NCBI RefSeq assembly: GCF_001194135.2
Contig: NC_068984.1
Location: 21,495,478-21,528,637 of the forward strand
Source of the DNA: Octopus bimaculoides
Lineage: Eukaryota
Reading direction: 5' to 3'
Length of the DNA: 33,160 nucleotides
How positions within the stretch are numbered: the first letter of the stretch is position 1; each line of letters starts with the position of its first letter. Below the pieces are notes generated by a model. It had not been told where the DNA came from, did no database searches, and saw only the letters and a list, made by a program, of their open reading frames with translations. This document shows positions 1-9,931 of the stretch, in pieces. The position numbers and the translations under genes were made by a program.

Positions 1-306
1 CGCCTGACTGGCTCCTGTAGGATTTTCGAGCGAGATCGTTGCCAGTGCCCCTGGACTGGCTTGTGCGGGTGGCACATAAAAGACACCATTTCGAGCGTGG
101 CCGTTTTCGTGCGGGTGACACGTAAAAGCACCCACTACACTCTCTGAGTGGTTGGCGTTAGGAAGGGCATCCAGCTGTAGAAACTCTGCCAAATCAGACT
201 GGAGCCTGGTGTTGCCATCCGGTTTCACCAGTCCTCAGTCAAATCGTCCAACCCATGCTAGCATGGAAAGCGGACGTTAAACGATGATGATGATGATGAT
301 GATGAT
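1..306 (+). mobile_element. RTE-type LINE 3' UTR fragment with (GAT)n tail
   Basis: Near-identical to 6070-6350, which follows an RTE ORF2 C-terminus; ends catgctagcatggaaagcggacgttaaac(gat)n. Confidence 0.8.
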
Positions 307-429
307 TTCACTCTGGATATTATGTTTCCTACATTATATACAGTTGACGGATATTTGTCCTCATCTTGTTTGTTGTTCAAGTAATAGGTCTATAAATCTC
401 TGTATATATAATACATATATATCTATAGT

Positions 430-1380
430 GGCAGGTGTGGCTGTGTAATAAGAAGTTTGCTTCCCAACCACATGGTTATAGGTTCAGTCCCACCGTGTAC
501 TTAGGGCAAGTGTCTTCTACTATAGCTTCAGGCTGACCAGAACCTGGTGAGTGGATTTGGTAGACAGAAACTGAAGTCCATTGTATGTGTATGTGTGTGT
601 GTATGCATGTGTGTGTGTGTATGTGTGTATGTGTGTGTCCGTCCATGCGTACATGCATGCGTGTGTGCATGTGTGTGTATGTCTGTGTTTGTTCCCTCCC
701 CCCCACCCACTGCTTGACAANNNNNNNNNNNNNNNNNNNNNNNNNNNNNNNNNNNNNNNNNNNNNNNNNNNNNNNNNNNNNNNNNNNNNNNNNNNNNNNN
801 NNNNNNNNNNNNNNNNNNNNNNNNNNNNNNNNNNNNNNNNNNNNNNNNNNNNNNNNNNNNNNNNNNNNNNNNNNNNNNNNNNNNNNNNNNNNNNNNNNNN
901 NNNNNNNNNNNNNNNNNNNNNNNNNNNNNNNNNNNNNNNNNNNNNNNNNNNNNNNNNNNNNNNNNNNNNNNNNNNNNNNNNNNNNNNNNNNNNNNNNNNN
1001 NNNNNNNNNNNNNNNNNNNNNNNNNNNNNNNNNNNNNNNNNNNNNNNNNNNNNNNNNNNNNNNNNNNNNNNNNNNNNNNNNNNNNNNNNNNNNNNNNNNN
1101 NNNNNNNNNNNNNNNNNNNNNNNNNNNNNNNNNNNNNNNNNNNNNNNNNNNNNNNNNNNNNNNNNNNNNNNNNNNNNNNNNNNNNNNNNNNNNNNNNNNN
1201 NNNNNNNNNNNNNNNNNNNNNNNNNNNNNNNNNNNNNNNNNNNNNNNNNNNNNNNNNNNNNNNNNNNNNNNNNNNNNNNNNNNNGGATTACAAAGAATAA
1301 GTCTTGGGGGCGATTTGTTCGACTAAAAGTAGTGCTCCAGCATGGCTGCAGTGCAAATAACTGAAACAAATAACAAAAAA
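430..1380 (+). mobile_element. tRNA-head SINE with internal (GT)/(GTAT) microsatellite, spanning gap 721-1284
   Basis: Head ggtgtggctgtgtaataagaag...ggttcagtccc; 3' part gctccagcatggctgcagt...ctgaaac. Related copies at 9130-9290, 14240-14400, 25380-25810 and 29975-30320. Confidence 0.6.
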
Positions 1381-1515
1381 AAAAAATAATATATTTACAC
1401 ATTATTTCTTATTCCTTTTTTACTATATCTACTCTGCAGTTATATTTGAATTATAAATCACATGCTCTAAAATGATACCACATGTTTTGTTTGTACATTC
1501 TTTCTAATATATACA

Positions 1516-1551
<36 letters not shown>

Positions 1552-2227
1552 TATACATACACATACATGCATATACATATATACCAGGTGCAGATTGCAT
1601 CGACAACCAGCTGTAGGAGGCTCTTCCTGGGGTTAAAAATGGTAGCAATGTCAAACAGCCATATTGATGCAGTGATAAACATTACTTCTCAGTATAGTTA
1701 CTATGTTCATCTCTTATAGAGATTTTCTAACTAGCTACTTTGCTCATATATATATAACATCATCTGTCTCTCACCTTTGTTTTATCTATTGTTTAATCAT
1801 AACTATTCTGCTACTCAGTACTAGCAATCCTCTCTGATTCCCTACTCCTCATTGCTCTCCAGCTCCACTCAACTACTTTCACTTTCTCTTTTAAAATATG
1901 AGTAGTCATGTCGTTCCTCTGAAGCAAGAAACCCATTCTGCTCTGGCACTTCCTCGCATACTTGTAGTGGTCTTTTGCCCATCATCTGCTAGTATAACAT
2001 TGCACTGTCGGGGTTTGCAGCCTTGCAAACTGTATGATGGCCACATCAGTGCAGAAAAAAGAAAAATCACCTTGTACACATCGTAAAGTGGTTGGTTTTA
2101 GGTGGGTGGTGGGTGGGCATTTAACCATAGGAGCTATGGCAAAGCATAAACTGGAGCATGACATAGTCCTTTGACCTATCAAATCCTGTTAGAGTTCAAC
2201 ACATGCAAATATGTAACAGGGATGCTA

Positions 2228-2345
2228 AATAATGATGGTGAGGAGAATGGTGATGATGATTATGATGACGGTGACGACGATGACGTTGATGATGATGATG
2301 GCAATGATGATGATATTAACGATGATGATAATAACAATGATGACA
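2228..2345. repeat. Degenerate (GAT)/(GAC)/(AAT) trinucleotide tract
   Basis: Seen directly; explains the Asp-rich ORF 2171-2449. Confidence 0.85.
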
Positions 2346-2604
2346 CACACACACAAATGTATCCATGGATTTTAGCTGTGAGACTGGGCGGTGAATTGTC
2401 TCCTTTAACCAAACATATAATTTCAGTTTCTTCTTGTAAAATCAGCTGAGAATGAGCACTGTTGGCGTTTTGGTGTTAATCCTGTGACACACTGGCATCC
2501 AGTGGTCAGTTTATAGTCTTAACCTAAATGCCTTAAAAATTTAAGTCGAGCTCTGGCTTCATGCACCTGTAGTTTTGAGGTAGTTTTTTTCATATCTATA
2601 CCTG

Positions 2605-2635
<31 letters not shown>

Positions 2636-2826
2636 GTTGTCATCATCATTATCTTCATCATTTAACATGCAATTTTGCATGCTTGCATGAGTCAGATGGA
2701 ATTTATCGAGGCGGATTTTCTATGGCTGGATGCCCTTCCTGTCACCAACCCTCTCCTGTTCCAAGCAAGGTGATAATTCCCTTGTTTACAAGCATCACAT
2801 GATATAAAGACAAGGGGACACTCCCC

Positions 2827-2857
<31 letters not shown>

Positions 2858-3127
2858 CAGTAGTTCAAACCATGCTAGCATTAAAACGGATTTTAAATGA
2901 TAATAATGATACACACATGATAATTTGCGAATGGTTGGATTGGGTTGATGATTATACCATACCAACTAAAATACTAGTGGTTGTGTCCTTAGTCAAGATA
3001 TTTAACTCTTGACACACAAGCTCATTCCATCCTCCAAAGTAAATACTGGATAAGTAGAATTATAACCAAACGTATTCTAGTGATGACTATCTCATCTTTC
3101 TTTTTATCCAGAAGGTATACCTATGAC

Positions 3128-3500
3128 GGTGGAGGCGCAATGGCCCAGTAGTTAGGGCAGCGGACTCACGGTCATAAGATCGCGGCTTCGATTCCCGGAC
3201 CGGGCGTTGTGAGTGTTTATTGAGCGAAAACACCTAAAGCTCCACGAGGCTCCAGCAGGGAGTGGTGGCGAACCCTGCTGTACTCTTCCACCACAACTTT
3301 CTCTCACTCTTACTTCCTGTTTCTGTTGTGCCTGTAATTCAAAGGGCCAGCCTTGTCACACTGTGTCACGCTGAATACATTAAGGGTACACGTGTCTGTG
3401 GAGTGCTCAACCACTTGCACGTTAATTTCACGAGCAGGCTGTTCCGTTGATCGGATCAACTGGAACCCTCAATGTCGTAAGCGACGGAGTGCCAACAACA
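3128..3500 (+). mobile_element. Full-length tRNA-derived SINE with 11-bp target-site duplication
   Basis: A-box-like tggcccagtagttag and B-box-like cttcgattccc in the head; (CAA)n tail; ATACCTATGAC at both 3117-3127 and 3501-3511. Confidence 0.85.
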
Positions 3501-3654
3501 ATACCTATGACTACCATAGCCAACGTAAGCTTCCCTTTTCTTTAAGAGGGCTGGGTGTGATATGTGGGAGACTTGGTGGCTAATTCTAACTGATCAAGTA
3601 ACTATTGTAGAAACTTCTGTATTGGATCAAGTAAGTATTATGTAATTCACTGGT

Positions 3655-4127
3655 TTAACCCTTTAGCATTCATCTTATTCTTATTTCTTTAGTGCCCACA
3701 AGGGGCTAAACAGAGAGGGGACAAACAAGGACAGACAAAGGGATTAAGTCGATTACATTAACCCCAGTGCGTAACTGGTACTTAATTTATTGACCCTGAA
3801 AGGATGAAAGGCAAAGTCGACCTTGGCGGAATTTGAACTCAGAATGTAGCGGCAGACGAAATACCACTAAGCATTTTGCCCGGCGTGCTAACGTTTCTGC
3901 CAGCTCGCCGCCATGTTCTTATTCTGTCTGGTGTAATTCTTATAAATTCACGTTGTTTTGAACTGATCATGTATTATCTTGTAGCTGTGAAATTTTGATG
4001 AGGTACCTGTTGATGTTTTAGAATGATATTGTAGGTTTGATGTGATGAATCAGATCTGGTCAGTTTGAACATAAAACAGGTAGAATATTTTGGCTGGATA
4101 TGGCCAGGTTAAATGCTAAAGAGTTAA
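3655..4127. mobile_element. piggyBac-like MITE interrupted by a SINE
   Basis: TTAA|CCCTTTAGCATT ... AATGCTAAAGAG|TTAA. Related copies at 15911-16134 and from 18794. Confidence 0.7.
3681..3912 (-). mobile_element. SINE (ggcggcgagctggcagaaacgttagcacgcc family) nested in the MITE
   Basis: Reverse complement matches 17685-17906 and 29076-29306; tcttattc lies on both sides. Confidence 0.8.
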
Positions 4128-5265
4128 ACAGTATTAGTGTTGCAGAATGAACGAGTGCTTCGTAAGCATTTTATGCCACAGTCATTTTAAATTGAGGGTA
4201 TAGTTTGGAGAAGTTTTGTTAAAGACGAATAATAACTAACCTGGAACAAAATATAGTCGTTAAATGGCGTGATAGTGCTAAGCAGTGAGGTGTATAATTA
4301 AACAAGTAACGAGTTAGTAGTTAAACAAGGAAATAAATGAAATGCAAGGGGAAATAACTCTAGATTTTTTTATCAAATTAAAGTTCTTGGTAATATTGCG
4401 CGGCTATCATGTTCCATGTTGAGATACGTTTTCTGATGATTAGGAAGGAATCTATCCTTAGCAAAATATTCATATTACTCAAACAGTAAAATTAATGTCA
4501 CAATATTAAGTGAGACATAATCGCTGTATACTGGTGAGGGAATCACAAAAGTAAATGAGAAGACTACATTTTTGGTATAGATACTAGAATTATTTAAATG
4601 TAAATTGGGAAATTTTCACTTGCATTTAAATATCAAATCACTCAGTGACGAAATATCTAAAATACACGTATAAAACATGGTTCAAGCCTAAATGCAAAAA
4701 CAATAATCTAATAGGTTTTATTTATTTTTGATTTGCAGCACATATGTTGTCTATCAAGATTTTAGCAACTTAAAATTCATTTCTGACACTAAAAAAGTTT
4801 CTGACTCTGCTTCAGAGAATAAATTACTTAAAGAAACTATCTGCATAAAAATCAGTGTTATTGTATATATTTCAAACAGGAAGCAAAACAAAGCTAACTA
4901 AAATGATTATGTGGAGAAGTAACTCAAATTGTTTAGAGAATGGCGACTTAGGGCTTCTCGTGTCAATGTATTTCCGTAAGTACACTGAAGCCTATGTTTC
5001 GCTAATGAGGTCATAATAAAGCTGAACCATGTTGTTTTTTGTACTTGCTGACATAATTAAAATAATATTAGTTAAAATGAATAATATTGCTTTTTGGCCT
5101 CACCACATATTTTTATTAAGTCCTGCAAACTTAACTATTATTTGTTAAGCAGATGATGTCTCTAAGTAATTTATTCTTTAAGCAGTTCTAGTTTTCTTCA
5201 TCGATTGGTGTATACTCTCATATATTTCTTTCACATTTCTCTCATCATTTGTTCAGCAAGTCTAT

Positions 5266-5309
5266 ACTGTGCTGATGAAGTCTTAGCATGACTTAAATAT
5301 GCCCAGAGT
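5266..5309 (+). ncRNA. Decayed type I hammerhead-like motif, Penelope-type repeat context
   Basis: ACTGTG CTGATGA AGTC-TTAGCAT-GACT TAAA TATG CC CAGAGT: stem II 4/4, stem I 5/6, GAAA and the cleavage triplet are mutated. Confidence 0.5.
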
Positions 5310-5634
5310 TGATTAGAGTAATTAAAATAGTATTAATAAGTTACTGATATTGTTTCCTCATTGTGTAAATGTTTCTAGTTAGCTTTTAGATGCTTCCTTC
5401 ATTAAATATGTTAAAATTAACTTAAAATGAAATAATAGGCTTAACATTTGGCATCCAGAAGACTGGTTTCACTTGTCAATGGCACACTATGTTACCCTTT
5501 TTCCTTCAAGTTTCCCTATACAACTGCAACAACCAACCACAATCTTCAGATTCAGATATCTTGTACATAATTCTATGTGCTGTGCATGCACTTTTGATGA
5601 GTTGTAGTGCACCTGAGCACTATACACAATAATT

Positions 5635-5678
<44 letters not shown>

Positions 5679-5680
<2 letters not shown>

Positions 5681-5933
5681 GACCTTCGAACATTGGGCCT
5701 CACCGAGGCGATGACTACTGACCGAGACCTTTGGAAATGTGCTGTGCGTGAGAAGACCCGGCAAGCCAAGTGAGATCGTTGCCAGTGCCCCTGGACTGGC
5801 TCTTGTGCGGGTGGCACATAAGATGTACCATCCTGAGCGTGACCGTTGCCAGTACCGCCTGACTGGCCTTGTANNNNNNNNNNNNNNNNNNNNNNNNNNN
5901 NNNNNNNNNNNNNNNNNNNNNNNNNNNNNNNNN

Positions 5934-5977
<44 letters not shown>

Positions 5978-6317
5978 GACCTTCGAACATTGGGCCTCAC
6001 CGAGGCGATGACTACTGACCGAGACCTTTGGAAATGTGCTGTGCGTGAGAAGACCCGGCAAGCCAAGTGAGATCGTTGCCAGTGCCCCTGGACTGGCTCT
6101 TGTGCGGGTGGCACATAAAAGACACCATTTCGAGCGTGGCCGTTTTCGTGCGGGTGACACGTAAAAGCACCCACTACACTGAGTGGTTGGCGTTAGGAAG
6201 GGCATCCAGCTGTAGAAACTCTGCCAAATTAGATTGGAGCCTGGTGTAGCCATCCGGATGCACCAGTCCTCAGTCAAATCGTCCAACCCATGCTAGCATG
6301 GAAAGCGGACGTTAAAC

Positions 6318-6350
<33 letters not shown>
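5679..6350 (+). mobile_element. RTE LINE 3' end (ORF2 C-terminus plus 3' UTR), apparently duplicated across gap 5874-5933
   Basis: GAC CTT CGA ... AAG TGA translates as DLRTLGLTEAMTTDRDLWKCAVREKTRQAK*, an RTE-like terminus; (GAT)n tail at about 6318-6350. Confidence 0.8.
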
Positions 6351-6351
<1 letters not shown>

Positions 6352-6849
6352 ATTATTATTATTAATAATGTCATAAAAAAACAAAAAAAAAATTGGTAGG
6401 AACACAAACATATATAGCGACAAACAACATAATAATCTTTTTCAAAATTTCATGTTTTTATTATGTACATAATGTGATACTATTTATCAGTATGTATGTG
6501 TGCATGCCCATCAATTTGTTTTATCACATCAAATTCTGATATAATCATAACCTACAACATTTGAAATGTAATTATAGAAAATTTCTTTAAAAAAAAATCA
6601 ATCTTCCTGAAAGTAACAAGGAAACAAAGTTAACTTATATTAATTATCCTCTTTCCCAACTCTGAAAAAATTTTTACAACAAATTCCGATATGATGGGAA
6701 TCTATACCATTTGAGAGGTATTTGTATAAAATTTCATTAAAAGATGTTTATTTTTCTGAAAGTTATGAGGAAACAAAGTCGGGGGAGGGAGCACAATTGT
6801 CACATTTTGTATATATATTTAGTTACATATTTTATCTTGTTTTTTTTTT

Positions 6850-7294
6850 GGTCCAGATGGACTATATGTAATCTGAACCTTTCCCCCCTTATTATTATTT
6901 TTTTTTACGGAATCCCACGTTTTAGGCTATGGAGATTCCGATTCTCAAAAAAATTTTTTAAAAATCTCAATTTCAAAATTTCGATCCCCCCCCCACCCGG
7001 TTTTTATATAGATCCACAGGGTAAACCTAAACCTAACTCAAACCCTAACCCTAACCGTAACCCTGACCGTAACCCTGACCCTAACCCTAACCCTAAACCT
7101 AACACTAGTTTTGTGAGATTTGGCTGTTATTTCTAGCATGTAAATAACTTACTTGGTGGGGGTGGGGGTTGAAATTTTTCAAACAATTTTTTTTCAGAAT
7201 CGGAATCTCCATAGCCTAAAACGTGGGATTCCGTAAAAAAATATTAATAAATAAGTGGGGGAAAGGTTCAGATTACATATAGTCCGTCTCTACC
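6850..7294. mobile_element. MITE with long TIRs (Mutator-like) containing telomere-type repeats
   Basis: About 110 bp near-perfect (about 140 bp loose) inverted termini beginning GG, T-runs on both flanks, degenerate (CCCTAA)n at 7023-7103. Confidence 0.75.
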
Positions 7295-7526
7295 TTTTTT
7301 TTATACACGAAATTCAAGGAACGCCACTAATGCTATCCATCAATTTCTTGCATTATATAACAGTAAATACAAAATTGCAAAACGGAATGAGTTCGTATCT
7401 TGAGAAGTGAACCTCAACGTTTTGAATAGTGTAAATATCCAATATGTCTATCAGCTTGGTTGTACTGGAATATTTCCCGTCCACATTCTATAAATATATA
7501 AAACTATAATTCAGAAAAGTTTGACT

Positions 7527-7790
7527 AAAAACCGGAAGAAAGTTATCTCCCTTTAAAACAGTTTCGTTTTTGGTTTCAGAATTTTAACCGCCCGTTTCTG
7601 GTGTTCATATTTTTCATAATCGGGCTTGGTTACAAATCCAGTTAATCATGAAATTAGTAAGGTAAGTATTATGTTATATGTTGTAAAATACTTTAAAGAA
7701 GAAGGAAAGGTGTATTTTAAAACATATATTTTTGTGTTAATATTTGTTGTATGAAGATTATAGCGTGAAATAAAACTTCTTCCGGTTTTT
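7527..7790 (+). promoter_or_regulatory. Putative SNRPD1 promoter/first-exon region with two oppositely oriented ETS-type sites
   Basis: AAAAACCGGAAGAAAGTT at 7527-7544 and AACTTCTTCCGGTTTTT at 7774-7790 flank exon 1. CCGGAAG is the ETS core common in housekeeping promoters. The TSS is not determinable. Confidence 0.4.
7648..7661 (+). CDS. SNRPD1: SNRPD1 coding exon 1 (MKLV + 2 nt of R)
   Basis: ATG AAA TTA GTA AG followed by a consensus gtaagt donor at 7662; joins in phase to exon 2. Confidence 0.9.
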
Positions 7791-9874
7791 GTCACGATGC
7801 TTTGTTGTAAACATGAAGTTTGAAAGTAATTAGTAAAAAGGCAAAACTAGGTAGAATAAACTTTATTTTCGGTTCCTTATTCGTAATGCCTATGACGTAT
7901 ATTTAGCTTTATGGTAAATTGTTCTGTGTATTAATACGATTTATATTTGATAGGCAAGATACCGGCATAATTCCCATTTCTATTATCAAAAGTCTTATGC
8001 AGGTTTTATTTACATTTTCTCATAATTTTACTTACATCTCCCAATATTCCATTTTCCTACATTGTATGCTGTAATAATTTATATATATATATTTATCTTC
8101 AAAGTATCATCTTTTATAATGTTGAAAACGTGAGCTCTGTATCTTGTGCAGCTGATACAGAGATTGCGAGAGATTATCCTTATTCGTTAGCAAAATCTCG
8201 TAGTTTAATTACTGTTTAAGCAGTTGCAAAACATTATTAATGCCGATCCAGTTTTCTTTTTAACTCTTTGTTGTTAGTTATTTAGTTATTGTTGCCTTGT
8301 AGTTTTCTTAAAAATATACCGAATGAAATCAGCGTCGATTAGTCATAGAATTAGCTATGGTATGTACCAGGTGACCCTGTACTATATATGTACTCTTACA
8401 GAAACTATTAAATTATAGAAAACCGTTTTATATTATAAGTGGTATGTATAGTTGTATACATTGTGTAACTGAGATAGCCATACGTACTTCTATAAAAACA
8501 TAATCGTCGTATTTTAATGTGTATTACAGAGGCCCTCTACATCGCTATCCACACAAGTGCTCTCACTTCATAGTTAATAATTCAAATGTTTGTTAGGATA
8601 GTGGCCCAGTATTTGTTAATTATTTCAAGATTTTGATATTTATTTTATGAGTAAATATACATCTCAACCATCATTTTGGGATTGATATTAAATTTCAGTA
8701 TCGTTGTAGTAGCAACAATAATAATAATGGTGATAATTAATTCTAAGGGTCAATATAAAGACCTTCACCCGGGAACAGAAAAAAAATTAACCAGCCTGCA
8801 CCCACCAAGCTGGTTAATTTTTTATTCGTTCCCTGGTGAGGATCTTTCATTGACCAATATTTTTTTTTCAGTTATCTGTTTTCATGATAAATTGATATGG
8901 AAAGTGTTTCTGCAACTGATTGAATATTCTTCCTAGGGTCGTTGTTATTTTAAATTCTATTATGACAAACTAAGAAAATCTGTGAAATTTATCTTATCAA
9001 AGCTACAGTATTATCCTTATTTATTGTAAAATTATGGTTTCAATATTCTGAAGAGCATGAATTGTGGAGAGGGTAGAATTAGACACACCATTGGGATTTG
9101 AATGCAGATATGCAGGCTTGACTGTGATGGACACAGGTGTAACTGTGTGGTTAAGTAGTTCACTTCTCCAACAAGATAGTACCTTGAATGAGTGTCTTTG
9201 ACTATACTACTATACTACAGGCCAGCGAAAGTCTTGTGAGTGGATTTGATTGATAGACAGAAAGAGGTTTTGGATGATTTGTTTATAGTGATCAAATGTT
9301 TCTGTACACAAGCTAACTCCCGCCATCAAATCAATATTACTTATACAGGTGCACCATGTGCCACATGTCAGATGATGAAATGATTGTAAGAGCAACATGA
9401 AATTAAGTGCTTTGCTCAAGAACATGACACAATGCCTGGTCTGGGAATAGAACCCACAATCTCGCATTTGTGAGTGCAACACCTTAACCACTAAGCCAAT
9501 ATATCATCATCATCATTTAGCGTCTGTTTTTGATTTTGGCGTGAGTTAGATGGTTTGACAGGGACTGTTAAGTCAGAGAGCTGTACGAGGCTCCAGTCTG
9601 ATTTGACTTGGTTTCTACAGCTGAATGCCCTTCCTTATGCCAACCACTCCAAGAATATAGTAGGTACCTTTTATGTGTTACTGGCACTGACCACTACCAT
9701 GATTTCATTTGATGTGACATGTCTTCTCAAGCACACCAAATTGACAAAGGTCTTGATCACGTGTCATTGCCTCCATGACCTCATAGGATGCTTCACTACC
9801 TCTTTCTGGGCCAACCTCTTCCGTAGGTTCCTTCCACAGAGATCAGCACTTCCTTACACAGCAGTCCTCACCCT

Positions 9875-9931
<57 letters not shown>

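Noticed and set aside
476-1402. Long ORFs at 476-1402, 581-1364, 5573-6286, 12116-12798 and 32375-32788
   Set aside because: They run through N gaps and microsatellites.
2171-2449. Asp-rich 92-aa ORF
   Set aside because: Translation of a (GAT)n-type tract with no splice or homology support.
3128-3205. Possible tRNA genes at SINE heads
   Set aside because: A/B-box-like motifs run into repeat bodies with tails and TSDs; no full cloverleaf is evident.
5679-6100. Apparent tandem duplication of the RTE 3' end
   Set aside because: Identical sequence on both sides of a gap, each behind (ATT)n; most likely overlapping contig ends.
6744-7136. 130-aa ORF with PNPNP repeats, and a possible chromosome end
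   Set aside because: It translates the CCCTAA tract inside a MITE; the tract is short, degenerate and internal.
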